64,000 nucleotides of DNA, taken from positions 41,755 to 105,754 of the forward strand of contig JAKFXL010000017.1 in NCBI GenBank assembly GCA_021731365.1. Reading direction: 5' to 3'. The translations under genes were made by a program, and so were the position numbers. Positions 49,969 to 60,397 of this stretch are shown here, piece by piece. The notes under the pieces were generated by a model, which made no database searches, was not told the DNA's origin, and saw only the letters and a program-made list of their open reading frames with translations. This DNA is from Gammaproteobacteria bacterium. GTDB lineage: Bacteria; Pseudomonadota; Gammaproteobacteria; Tenderiales; Tenderiaceae. The first letter of the stretch is position 1, and every line of letters starts with the position of its first letter.

Positions 49969-51186
49969 ATGGTAGTTGGAAACGTAGAGTTACCTTTAAT
50001 GCCCGCAGTGGCGGGTATACGTTGGGGCGGTGCGGCGGCGGGGATTAAACGTCCGGGTCGCAAGGATGTGGCGGTGATGGAGATCGCTGCAGGATCGAGT
50101 GTTGCAGCCGTCTATACACTCAACGCCTTCTGTGCGGCCCCGGTTGTTGTCGCCAAACGCCACGGTGCTGTAACCGCGCCACGTTATCTGCTGATCAACA
50201 GCGGTAACGCTAATGCGGGAACCGGTGAGCCAGGCATGCGCGCCGCTGAGGCGAGCTGTGCTGCCGTTGCCGCCGTCATGGGCTGCAAGGCTGAAGAGGT
50301 GCTGCCTTTCTCCACCGGTGTGATTGGCGAGCTGTTACCCGTGGCCAAGATCGAAGCAGTGCTGCCGCAGGCAAGAGAGTCGCTGACCGCTGATGGCTGG
50401 GCCGATGCTGCCCGCAGCATCATGACTACCGACACCGTGCCAAAAGGGGCAACACGCCAGATTGTGGTGCAGGGCAAAACCATCACCATCAACGGTATCT
50501 CCAAAGGGTCGGGCATGATTTGCCCCAACATGGCCACCATGCTTGGCTATGTCGCCACCGATGCCGGTGTTGATCAAGCGCTGCTGCAACAGCTGATGAC
50601 ACAGGCAGCCAACCGCTCCTTCAACTGCATCACCGTCGATGGTGATACCTCCACCAACGACGCCTGTGTGCTGGTCGCCACGAACAAGGCAGGCGTCAGC
50701 TTTAACTCCGCAAGTGATGTAGGTTATGCCGAATTTGCCGCCGCTGTGATTGAGGTGTGTCAGGTGCTGGCACAAGCGATCATTCGTGATGGCGAAGGTG
50801 CTACCAAATACATCACCGTTGATGTACGTGGTGGTGTCAACGAGGCCGAGTGCCGTCAGGTCGCTTACACCATCGCCCACTCGCCACTGGTCAAAACCGC
50901 CTTTTTTGCCTCAGACCCCAACTGGGGGCGCATCCTCGCCGCCGTTGGCCGTGCCGGAGTCGAAGGGTTGGATGTCAGCAAGATCGATATCTACCTAGAG
51001 GATGTCAGCATCGTCCGTGGCGGTGGCCGTGATCCTGGCTACACCGAAGAGGCGGGGCAGAAGGTGATGAAAGAGGCCGAGATCACTATTTGTGTAGAGC
51101 TGGCCCGTGGTGGTGCTGAGGCGCAGATCTGGACCACTGATTTTTCTTATGATTACGTCAAGATTAATGCGGAGTATCGTAGCTGA
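49969..51186 (+). CDS. argJ: bifunctional glutamate N-acetyltransferase/amino-acid acetyltransferase ArgJ
   Basis: 405 aa. Autoproteolytic ATML motif (PNMATMLGYVATDA). Confidence 0.92.
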   Translation: MVVGNVELPLMPAVAGIRWGGAAAGIKRPGRKDVAVMEIAAGSSVAAVYTLNAFCAAPVVVAKRHGAVTAPRYLLINSGNANAGTGEPGMRAAEASCAAVAAVMGCKAEEVLPFSTGVIGELLPVAKIEAVLPQARESLTADGWADAARSIMTTDTVPKGATRQIVVQGKTITINGISKGSGMICPNMATMLGYVATDAGVDQALLQQLMTQAANRSFNCITVDGDTSTNDACVLVATNKAGVSFNSASDVGYAEFAAAVIEVCQVLAQAIIRDGEGATKYITVDVRGGVNEAECRQVAYTIAHSPLVKTAFFASDPNWGRILAAVGRAGVEGLDVSKIDIYLEDVSIVRGGGRDPGYTEEAGQKVMKEAEITICVELARGGAEAQIWTTDFSYDYVKINAEYRS

Positions 51187-51792
51187 ATGCCGTTGTGCTG
51201 AGTTGATGGGGTGTAGTGTTTTATGTCGAAGTGGCAAGAGGCGGGGGGGTTGTTGTCGTAGTCAACGTGGAGGCTGAGTAGTAAATAGTTGGTAGGACTA
51301 TCTTTTTATGCTTCTCTCTCGCACCAGTATTCTTCTATTTCTCATCTATTGATGGCCAACTATTGGCGATGATAGCGCTCATCGTTACTATTCCATTTTG
51401 GCCGTTAACTCGCCATACCAATACAAGCCACTGCCGGAGTTTTTACAACCTACTTTACTGTATGGACGATGGCCTTTTTTCAGGCTTGGTGCGCCGCTGT
51501 TTTTCTACGTAAATGTGCGATAAAGAAAGGTATGGAAGTACGCGCTGAATTGCTGGGGATGATTAAACGTTCTGGTGTGATGTTGTTAATGGCGTTTATT
51601 GTAGTTGTCAGTGTTGCTATTTTTATTAAAATTATTTATTAATCAATCAATTGGTTGTTAATAGTTTTGTTGCTGTTATTTCCCATTTAGATTCAGCCAT
51701 TGGTCAAATTTGAAAGCACATCGTCTTAATATGATGGTGGTTAACGTGTGTTTGAGGACGGTACGGATAGAAGGTTATAGGCGGCCTACCCC

Positions 51793-52233
51793 ATGATAAA
51801 AGCGCTAATCGTAGGTGCTGCTGCGGTGTCTCTCAGCATGTTTTTGTTTGCTGGTTGTTCAGTGCGGAGTCATGAGCTTACACCGCAGCAATTTTGGACT
51901 GAGTTTAGCCAGGCAGTTTTGATTCAGGATAATCAGAAGCTGATAGATTTGGTGCAGTTTCCATTGGAGGTTTTGGGTGTTGATGATAGTCAACCTCCAG
52001 AACAATACAACAAGGCGCAGTTTGAAGCGGTGTTCAAAAAGATAGTGGAACAACCAGTTTTCACTTTTGCGGGGGATGGTGTGGTTACACGCACAACAAG
52101 AGATATTATTCAGGAGACTTCGGTGATTACGCAGGAGCACTTCATGACCAAGGAGGCTTTCCGGGTGGATCAACTGGTATTTGAGTTGAAAGACAAGCAG
52201 TGGAGATTGGTTCGAGCCTATTTGGAGGAGTAA
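51793..52233 (+). CDS. hypothetical lipoprotein
   Basis: 146 aa with lipobox LFAGC. Low GC. Preceded by a ~600-bp AT-rich non-coding region. Followed by a strong terminator. Confidence 0.55.
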   Translation: MIKALIVGAAAVSLSMFLFAGCSVRSHELTPQQFWTEFSQAVLIQDNQKLIDLVQFPLEVLGVDDSQPPEQYNKAQFEAVFKKIVEQPVFTFAGDGVVTRTTRDIIQETSVITQEHFMTKEAFRVDQLVFELKDKQWRLVRAYLEE

Positions 52234-52270
52234 CATACAATGCAGTGGCTGTACGTGGCGCTAACCAACA

Positions 52271-52297
52271 AAAAACCCGCCGAAGCGGGTTTTTTTA
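52271..52297. terminator. bidirectional rho-independent terminator (lipoprotein gene / rpmG)
   Basis: AAAAACCCGCCGAAGCGGGTTTTTTT; A-tract and T-tract on both sides. Confidence 0.8.
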
Positions 52298-52319
52298 TCA
52301 GATCCAGTGTAAGCAGTGC

Positions 52320-52487
52320 TTACTTGATCTTGGCTTCCTTGTAAGGAACGTGTTTGCGAACGACGGGATCAAACTTACTCATCTCCATCTTCTCAGGCAT
52401 GGTGCGTTTGTTTTTGTCAGTGGTGTAGAAATGGCCGGTACCGGCGGTGGACACCAATTTAATCTTTTCACGTGCACTTTTGGCCAT
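52320..52487 (-). CDS. rpmG: 50S ribosomal protein L33
   Basis: Hand-translated 55 aa [55 protein letters not shown]. Below the ORF-track length cutoff. Confidence 0.9.
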   Translation of the reverse strand: MAKSAREKIKLVSTAGTGHFYTTDKNKRTMPEKMEMSKFDPVVRKHVPYKEAKIK

Positions 52488-52489
52488 GA

Positions 52490-52732
52490 TTAACCCCTAA
52501 TCTTTTCGCCGCGGGCGCGGAGTTCAGACAGAACGACGTCAATGCCGCGTTTGTCGATGATGCGCATACCCTTTGAAGAGACGCGCAGTGAAATAAAGCG
52601 CTTTTCGCCTTCAACCCAGAAACGATGGGAGTGCAGATTTGGCAGAAAGCGGCGCTTGGTTTTGTTGTTGGCGTGGGAAACTGAGTTTCCGACCATAGGG
52701 CCTTTGCCCGTCACCTGACATACTCTCGACAT
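52490..52732 (-). CDS. rpmB: 50S ribosomal protein L28
   Basis: [34 protein letters not shown]… Classic L28. Confidence 0.95.
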   Translation of the reverse strand: MSRVCQVTGKGPMVGNSVSHANNKTKRRFLPNLHSHRFWVEGEKRFISLRVSSKGMRIIDKRGIDVVLSELRARGEKIRG

Positions 52733-52882
52733 GAGTTTTGCTCCAAATAATTCTTTTTTGCCATAGCCAAAATGGCAGAGAGGCGAAATTCTATAGATTT
52801 AGCTACTGGGTTTCAAGTATTAGTTTGGGTTTTGTTGGTATTTGTCCTACGGGTGTGTCCAAGTGGTTGATTACCTAAGGGC

Positions 52883-53557
52883 TCATAGCGCGCCCCGTTC
52901 GGCCAGTGATACCTGCTCGCCATCGCCGATGATGATGTGGTCGAGTACACGCACGCCGATGAGTGACAGGGCTGACTTGAGCTGTTGAGTGATCTGGTGG
53001 TCGGCCTGGCTCGGCTCGGCGAAGCCTGAGGGGTGGTTGTGGGCGAATATGACGGCGGCGGCGTTGTGGTGCAGTGCCCGTTTGACAACCTCCCGTGGGT
53101 AGACGCTGGCGCTGTCGAGTGTGCCAAAGAACAGCTCTTCGAAGCGAATGACGCGGTTGCGGTTGTCGAGGAAGAGGCAGGCGAATACTTCATGTTGATG
53201 GTCACGCAGACGCAGGCTGAGATAGTGGCGGGTCTCGGCGGGGTTGGTCAGCGGCGCGCCGCGTTTCAAGCGTTCGCCGCTATGACGGCGTCCCATTTCG
53301 AGCACGGCCTGGAGCTGTGCAAATTTAGCGCTGCCTAGGCCTTTGCTGCTGCAGAACTGTTGTTGGCTTGCATCAAGTAGGGCGCGCAGGCTGCCGTGCT
53401 CTTCAAGCAGGTCGCGGGCGAGGTCAACGGCGGTTTTGCCGATGATGCCCGTTCGCAGAAAAATTGCCAGAAGTTCGGCGTCAGAGAGGGCCGCGGCCCC
53501 TTTTTGCAGTAGTTTTTCACGGGGACGTTCGTCGGCGGGCCAGTCGGTGATTGCCAT
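52883..53557 (-). CDS. radC: RadC-family JAB/MPN domain protein (UPF0758)
   Basis: 224 aa. HhH N-terminus and JAMM motif HNHPSG. Confidence 0.9.
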   Translation of the reverse strand: MAITDWPADERPREKLLQKGAAALSDAELLAIFLRTGIIGKTAVDLARDLLEEHGSLRALLDASQQQFCSSKGLGSAKFAQLQAVLEMGRRHSGERLKRGAPLTNPAETRHYLSLRLRDHQHEVFACLFLDNRNRVIRFEELFFGTLDSASVYPREVVKRALHHNAAAVIFAHNHPSGFAEPSQADHQITQQLKSALSLIGVRVLDHIIIGDGEQVSLAERGAL

Positions 53558-53625
53558 GCTTTTTTCTCGCGGCTAATTAAGTATTTAAGTATTATGGTGG
53601 TTTCGATTTGTTCTTATAGAATGGT

Positions 53626-54882
53626 ATGGTAGCGCCCCTTGATGGGCAGCGCTATTGGGAGAGTGGATTGTTTTCAGGTCTGACATTATCCGGGCGTCGT
53701 GTGCTGGTGGGGGTAAGCGGCGGCATTGCTGCCTATAAATCTGCTGAGCTGGTCCGCCGTCTGCGCCAGGCGGGTGCTGAGGTGCGGGTGGTGATGACAA
53801 CGGGCGCTCAGGCGTTTATCACGCCACTGACCATGCAAGCGCTCTCAGGGCATCCGGTGCATAGTGAACTGTTGGACAGCCGTGTTGAGGCGGCGATGGG
53901 GCATATTGAGCTGGCGCGCTGGGCGGATGCGATTCTGGTTGCTCCAGCGAGTGCAAATTTGATGGCCCGTCTTGCCCATGGTCTGGCGGATGATCTGTTG
54001 ACAACCCTGTGTCTTGCCAGTGAGGCACCGCTGTTTTTGGCCCCGGCGATGAACCGTGTGATGTGGATGCACCCTGCGACCCAGGCCAATAGTGAGCTGT
54101 TGCGCCAGCGTTCAGTGAGGTTGCTCGGACCTGCTGCGGGTGAGCAGGCCTGTGGTGAGGTGGGGGCGGGGCGAATGTTGGAGCCGGATGAGCTGGTGGC
54201 GGAGTTGTTGCGTTACTGGCAGCAGGGACCGTTGTCTGGGGTGTCGCTGCTGGTGACGGCGGGTCCCACTCGTGAACCGATTGATCCTGTTCGTTATATC
54301 AGCAACCGCAGCTCCGGCAAGATGGGGTATGCAGTGGCTGAGGCGGCGTTGCGGGCCGGTGCGACGGTGACGCTGGTATCTGGCCCTACGGCGCTGCCAC
54401 GGCCGCCAGGGGTGGCGCTGGTGGCCGTGGAGAGTGCCGCTGAGATGGCGGTGGCGGTGCAGGCCAGGATATCTCAGTGCGATATTTTTATTGCGGTGGC
54501 GGCGGTGGCGGATTATCGCCCGAGTGTGGTGGTACCCCAGAAGATGAAAAAGAGTGCCCCTGAGCTGAGTCTGGCGCTGGAGCGTACTGAGGATATTTTG
54601 GCGATGGCGGCGGGTGGTACAGACGCCCCTTTCTGTGTGGGTTTTGCCGCCGAGACTGAAGATCTTGAGGGGTATGCCCGTGATAAGTTGGCGCGTAAGG
54701 GGTTGGATATGATTGCCGCTAATCTGGTGGGTCAAGGTGTTGGGTTTGAGTCTGATGTTAACTGCCTGACGCTGTTCTGGGCCGATGGGCAGTATGAAAT
54801 TAAACGGGCGACTAAAGCTGTGGTTGCCCGCGAGCTGATCGAGATAATCGCTGAGAGATACCATGCAAAAAATTCAGGTTAA
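53626..54882 (+). CDS. coaBC: bifunctional phosphopantothenoylcysteine decarboxylase/synthetase CoaBC
   Basis: Flavoprotein domain ([11 protein letters not shown]) plus DFP/CTP-dependent ligase domain. The exact start is uncertain and may lie downstream at a non-ATG codon. Confidence 0.9.
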   Translation: MVAPLDGQRYWESGLFSGLTLSGRRVLVGVSGGIAAYKSAELVRRLRQAGAEVRVVMTTGAQAFITPLTMQALSGHPVHSELLDSRVEAAMGHIELARWADAILVAPASANLMARLAHGLADDLLTTLCLASEAPLFLAPAMNRVMWMHPATQANSELLRQRSVRLLGPAAGEQACGEVGAGRMLEPDELVAELLRYWQQGPLSGVSLLVTAGPTREPIDPVRYISNRSSGKMGYAVAEAALRAGATVTLVSGPTALPRPPGVALVAVESAAEMAVAVQARISQCDIFIAVAAVADYRPSVVVPQKMKKSAPELSLALERTEDILAMAAGGTDAPFCVGFAAETEDLEGYARDKLARKGLDMIAANLVGQGVGFESDVNCLTLFWADGQYEIKRATKAVVARELIEIIAERYHAKNSG

Positions 54883-55318
54883 GGTGTTGGACCCCCGTAT
54901 TGGCAATGAAATTGCGTTGCCGAGTTATGCCACCGAGGGTTCAGCGGGTATGGATTTACGGGCCTGTGTGGATGGGCCGCTGGTGCTGAATCCCGGCGAA
55001 ACCACATTAATTCCTACAGGAATGGCTATTTATGTCGCTGATCCTGGTTTGGCAGCAGTATTGTTGCCAAGATCCGGGCTGGGCCATAAACATGGGATTG
55101 TGCTGGGCAATCTGGTGGGGCTGATTGATTCTGACTATCAGGGGCAGCTGTTTGTTTCGTGCTGGAATCGTGGTCAGCAGAGTTTTACGATTAATGTGGG
55201 CGAACGTATTGCACAGATGGTGGTGGTGCCGGTAGTGCAGGTCGAGCTTGAGGTGGTTGATGAGTTCACCGCCAGTGATCGTGGTGAAGGTGGTTTTGGT
55301 CATACAGGTAGACACTAG
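54863..55318 (+). CDS. dut: dUTP diphosphatase
   Basis: 151 aa, [34 protein letters not shown]… Classic Dut. Confidence 0.95.
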   Translation: MQKIQVKVLDPRIGNEIALPSYATEGSAGMDLRACVDGPLVLNPGETTLIPTGMAIYVADPGLAAVLLPRSGLGHKHGIVLGNLVGLIDSDYQGQLFVSCWNRGQQSFTINVGERIAQMVVVPVVQVELEVVDEFTASDRGEGGFGHTGRH

Positions 55319-55340
55319 CCTATTTGGGCAGAGGCAGGCG

Positions 55341-57926
55341 ATGTTGGGTAACAACGAAAAAATGCTGAACACCACGCCAAAGCGGCGGTTTGATTCGCTG
55401 GTGTTGTTGATGGGTCAGGTTTACGTTGGTGTGACGTTACTGGTCATCTGTTTTGCGTTGTTGGGGTATTTTGTGGTGGAGCGTCTGGCCGCTGATGCTT
55501 CTCACCATCAGGGTGGCGAGGCACATAAACTGTTGCTTCAGCAGGTACAGCAGCGGCTGGATGACTATATCCGCCCGGTGTCGATAGTGACGGCTGATCC
55601 GCGTTTGTATGACCTGTTTAATACCCCGGATGCGCTGCCTCAGCGGCAGCAGGAGTTGGTGGCTATGACGGGTGCTACATCCGTTATGTTGGTTCAGGCA
55701 GGGGAGGAGAAAGGGCTGCTGGGGGATCATCCACGCCTGAGTTATGCCGAACTGGATCTGTTTTATGCAGCTCAGCACTCACAGGCCACCAAGGTTGAGT
55801 TTCATGAGTTGAGTCCAGGCAAGTCGCATATTGATGTTGTGCGGGCGGTGGTGCGGCAGGATGTGGTGCTGGGTACGGTGGTGGTGGGGTATATGCTGGC
55901 CCGTTACGACAGTGCGGCCTTTTTTGGCGGATTGCAGACGCTTTTCCCCTCCATGGATCGTATTGAGTTGAGCCAAACCTTGAGTGATGGTGGGACACAA
56001 CTCTTTGTCGGGTGGGGCGATGTGGCGCTAAAGGCGCAGACTACAGCCTATTCGGGGGCGATAAAAAACAGTAGCTGGCAGTTGAGTTACTGGCAGACAC
56101 CTCGCAACTGGCAGGTGCAGGGTATCAGCTGGCGGGTTATCTATTGGGTATTGAGCTGTGGGGTGCTGGTAGTGGTGGCTCTGGCGATGGCGGTGTTGTG
56201 GCGGCTGCTGGATAAAAAGACCCGTGCCAGTGCCAATAAGATATATGAATACGTTTGGGATCGACTGAATGGCCACTGGATGGGCAAATGTTACGAATCT
56301 GAGCTTTCTGAGGTGCAGTCAACCTTGAACCGCCTGCAAAACCTGAGTTGGTCAACCATGGCCGGCGGTGGTGGGGCATCATCTATGTCGAATGATCTGG
56401 CAACAGGGTTGACTGATGAGTCTGTTGATTCAAATGCCGAAACAGCAATCTCTTTTACTGATCTGCTGTATCAGACTGACAGGGTGGTTGAAGTTGAAGA
56501 GGTGGATGAGATAGTGCTCTCCAGTCTGGAAAAAAATGCGACAAACCCAGCTGTTCCTGCTTCGATATTTCGTGCTTACGATATTCGTGGTGTGGTGGAC
56601 CAGACCCTGACGGCGGATATTGTCTACGACATTGGCCGCGCCTTTGGCAGTGAAGCCAAGGATAAGGGGGCGCAGACGATTGTGGTGGGACGTGATGGCC
56701 GCACCTCCAGCCTGGCGCTATCCAAGGCGTTGATCGAGGGGTTGTGCGACTCTGGCCGTGATGTGATCGATATTGGCCAAGTGCCCACGCCGGTGCTCTA
56801 TTTTGCTACCCACTATCTTAGTGCCCGCTCTGGCGTGATGGTCACAGGTAGCCATAACCCCACTGAGTACAATGGGCTCAAGCTGGTATTGCAAGGTGAG
56901 ACGCTTGCCGAAGAGGGGGTACAGAAGCTCTACCACCGGATTGTGAATGGTGACTATGTTGACTCAGTCTCCTGTGGTTCTGTGAGTCAGCAGTCACTGT
57001 CGGCAGATTACATGGCCCGTGTTGCCGGTGATGTGAATCTGGTGCGTGAGTTGAAGGTAGTGGTTGATTGTGGCAACGGCGTGGCTGGGGATGTTGCACC
57101 ACAGCTATTGCGTGTGCTGGGGTGTGATGTGATCGAGCTTCACTGTGAGGTGGACGGTACGTTTCCCCATCATCACCCTGATCCCAGTCAGCCGGAAAAT
57201 TTACAGGACCTGATTGCCGCAGTGAAGCGTCATGATGCAGATATTGGTATTGCCTTTGATGGTGACGGTGACCGGCTGGGTGTTGTCGATAGTGGTGGCA
57301 AAATAATCTGGGCGGATCGTCAAATGATGCTGTTTGCCATCAACATGCTTGAAGAGCAGGCTGGCGGCGTGATCATCTATGATGTCAAATGCAGCCGTGA
57401 CCTGCGCCGGGTGATAGAGCAACACGGTGGCCAGGCGTTAATGTGGAAGAGTGGGCATTCGTTGCTGAGGGCCAAGTTGAAGGAGACCAGTGCACTGTTG
57501 GCAGGGGAGTTGAGTGGCCACTTCTTCCTGAATGACCGCTGGTATGGTTTTGATGATGCACTCTATGCCATGGCGCGACTGTTAGAGATTGTCGCCAAGG
57601 ACCGTCGTCCATCTGCGGAGCTCTTTAAGCAGCTACCGGAATCAATCAGCACCCCTGAGATGCGCGTTACGCTGGCAGAAGGGGTGCCCTTTACGTTGAT
57701 GGAACGGTTCAAGTCACAGGTACAGTTTGCGGGTGCCCAACTGATTACGCTGGATGGTATACGGGCAGAGTTTGAAGATGGCTGGGGCTTGGTGCGCGCC
57801 TCCAATACCACGCCTGACTTGAGTTTCCGTTTTGAAGCGGAGAGTGCCGAGGCACTGCAACGGATTCAGACGATATTTCGTGTGGCCTTACTGGCCATTG
57901 AGCCGGGATTAAAATTACCCTTTTGA
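55341..57926 (+). CDS. algC: long-form phosphomannomutase/phosphoglucomutase (AlgC-like) with ~400-aa N-terminal membrane-associated extension
   Basis: C-terminal ~460 aa are alpha-D-phosphohexomutase (TGSHNP active-site serine loop, GELSGH, …GDGDRLG…). The N-terminal region has two predicted TM helices. Start at 55341 (GAGG RBS) directly after dut. The track ORF from 55248 overlaps dut and is rejected. Conserved radC-coaBC-dut-algC-argB context. Confidence 0.8.
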   Translation: MLGNNEKMLNTTPKRRFDSLVLLMGQVYVGVTLLVICFALLGYFVVERLAADASHHQGGEAHKLLLQQVQQRLDDYIRPVSIVTADPRLYDLFNTPDALPQRQQELVAMTGATSVMLVQAGEEKGLLGDHPRLSYAELDLFYAAQHSQATKVEFHELSPGKSHIDVVRAVVRQDVVLGTVVVGYMLARYDSAAFFGGLQTLFPSMDRIELSQTLSDGGTQLFVGWGDVALKAQTTAYSGAIKNSSWQLSYWQTPRNWQVQGISWRVIYWVLSCGVLVVVALAMAVLWRLLDKKTRASANKIYEYVWDRLNGHWMGKCYESELSEVQSTLNRLQNLSWSTMAGGGGASSMSNDLATGLTDESVDSNAETAISFTDLLYQTDRVVEVEEVDEIVLSSLEKNATNPAVPASIFRAYDIRGVVDQTLTADIVYDIGRAFGSEAKDKGAQTIVVGRDGRTSSLALSKALIEGLCDSGRDVIDIGQVPTPVLYFATHYLSARSGVMVTGSHNPTEYNGLKLVLQGETLAEEGVQKLYHRIVNGDYVDSVSCGSVSQQSLSADYMARVAGDVNLVRELKVVVDCGNGVAGDVAPQLLRVLGCDVIELHCEVDGTFPHHHPDPSQPENLQDLIAAVKRHDADIGIAFDGDGDRLGVVDSGGKIIWADRQMMLFAINMLEEQAGGVIIYDVKCSRDLRRVIEQHGGQALMWKSGHSLLRAKLKETSALLAGELSGHFFLNDRWYGFDDALYAMARLLEIVAKDRRPSAELFKQLPESISTPEMRVTLAEGVPFTLMERFKSQVQFAGAQLITLDGIRAEFEDGWGLVRASNTTPDLSFRFEAESAEALQRIQTIFRVALLAIEPGLKLPF

Positions 57927-57930
57927 TTAA

Positions 57931-58842
<912 letters not shown>

Positions 58843-59002
58843 TAGGAGTCTTAAAAGCTCAATAATAACGTTCAGACCCCCCCCCATCGGTGACTCGATA
58901 GACTCACCAATGGGGTGTCAGTAGATGAAGTGCCCTGTATCTCCTTTGATGGCTTGTAGCGCGGATGGAGTTAACCAGTGGCTTATGGTCGCGGTGCTAA
59001 TC

Positions 59003-59644
59003 TTATTTAGGTGCCAGGTTTCTTTCCATCGCCTGTGAGATCTGTTTATAACGTTCCAGATCATCAGCAAACTGTTTTTGGGTGTCCAGCAGTAGTTGCT
59101 GTTGCTGTTTAATCCCCTCTTCGTAAGCGGTGATCTTCTTTTTGGTGGTATTGATGTTGGCTACCAGTGTTTCAGGGATAGGGGTGTTCTGTTTTTCATA
59201 GTCACTAGCCTCGCGGGCCTGCTCGCGGAACTGGCGCTCCAGCAGTGTGAGACTCTCATGGCGTAAGTTGATACCATTTTTTATCTCGGTGAGTTTGCGT
59301 TTGAGTGCGGCGCTGATCTCGTCGGCGTTGGAGTAGATGGTGAGCAGCCGTTTATCGCGCGCGAGTTGTGCCTTTGCTTCGGCATCCATCACTTTGTCTG
59401 CAGGATCATCTTTTTGTGCGCCGATGGTGGTGATGGTCATCCCCTGCTGGTTGATGACACGGTAACCATTCTGCACATACTCGGGTGGGACACGGTCGGT
59501 GTAGTGAACATTGCCCTTTTTGTCGACCCAGCGAAAGAGATCGGCAGCAAAACCGGTGGGGGCGATGGCCATCAGTAAGGCCAGTGAGATCGATCTTTGC
59601 AATAAGCGGGAGACGTTGACTGCTGTGCCGTGCGGATACACCAT
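59003..59644 (-). CDS. periplasmic DUF4124-like protein with coiled coil
   Basis: 213 aa with signal peptide (…LALLMAIAPTGFAAD). N-terminal …WVDKKGNVHYTDRVP… block, then a long coiled coil. Confidence 0.55.
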   Translation of the reverse strand: MVYPHGTAVNVSRLLQRSISLALLMAIAPTGFAADLFRWVDKKGNVHYTDRVPPEYVQNGYRVINQQGMTITTIGAQKDDPADKVMDAEAKAQLARDKRLLTIYSNADEISAALKRKLTEIKNGINLRHESLTLLERQFREQAREASDYEKQNTPIPETLVANINTTKKKITAYEEGIKQQQQLLLDTQKQFADDLERYKQISQAMERNLAPK

Positions 59645-60288
59645 TATTTTATCCCGTACTGTTCGCGATAGTGGTTGATGCGTGTGTGGTCGTCCAGCTG
59701 CTCTGGACGCTCTTGCAGGTAGTTGATCAGGTCGTCAAGTGTGACGATGCTGCTGACCTGAAGCCCAAACTGCTGTTCGACCTCCTGAATGGCAGAGGTT
59801 GCCCCTTGGCCACGTTCCTGACGATCAAGGGCGATGGCGACGCCGGCGGTAGTCGCCCCTGCCGCTTCAATCATCTGAATGGATTCACGCACAGAGGTCC
59901 CGGCGGAGATGACATCATCGATAATTAATACCCGGCCAGCCAGTGGTGCACCAACGATGGTGCCACCTTCACCATGGTCTTTGGCCTCTTTGCGATTAAA
60001 GGCATAGGGCAGATCGCGTCCATGGTGATCTGCCAGTGCAATAGCGGTGCTGGTTGCCAGCGGAATCCCTTTATAGGCGGGACCGAAGATCATGTCGTAG
60101 CCGATGCCCGAGTTCTCGATGGCAGCTGCATAGTAGCGCCCCAGTCTGGCAATAGACGTGCCGCTGTTAAAGAGTCCGCTGTTGAAAAAATAGGGGCTGA
60201 TGCGGCCCGATTTAAGGGTGAATTCACCAAAGCGAAGGACGTTGGTGGCGATGACAAAGTCAATAAATTCACGTTGATAAGGCTTCAT
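59644..60288 (-). CDS. pyrE: orotate phosphoribosyltransferase
   Basis: 214 aa. PRPP-binding motif [13 protein letters not shown]. Confidence 0.95.
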   Translation of the reverse strand: MKPYQREFIDFVIATNVLRFGEFTLKSGRISPYFFNSGLFNSGTSIARLGRYYAAAIENSGIGYDMIFGPAYKGIPLATSTAIALADHHGRDLPYAFNRKEAKDHGEGGTIVGAPLAGRVLIIDDVISAGTSVRESIQMIEAAGATTAGVAIALDRQERGQGATSAIQEVEQQFGLQVSSIVTLDDLINYLQERPEQLDDHTRINHYREQYGIK

Positions 60289-60397
60289 AAAAGGCGTTCC
60301 GTCACAAATTTTAGTTAGCCTGACATTCTACGCGTAGCCACCAGAGATGGCTAATGTATCGGGGGATTTGGCAGGGTTTTGTACAGGCACCTGCTGT

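Noticed and set aside
55248-55340. Six-frame ORF extending the algC-like gene upstream to 55248, overlapping the 3' end of dut
   Set aside because: The overlap with dut is long and the extension has no RBS. An in-frame ATG at 55341 with GAGG spacing directly after the dut stop is the better start.
58878-58895. Homopolymeric C9 tract (GACCCCCCCCCATCGG) in the argB downstream intergenic region
   Set aside because: Could be a slipped-strand site, but it is intergenic, next to an imperfect stem-loop, with no adjacent gene whose phase it could control. Most likely part of a terminator or a sequencing homopolymer.
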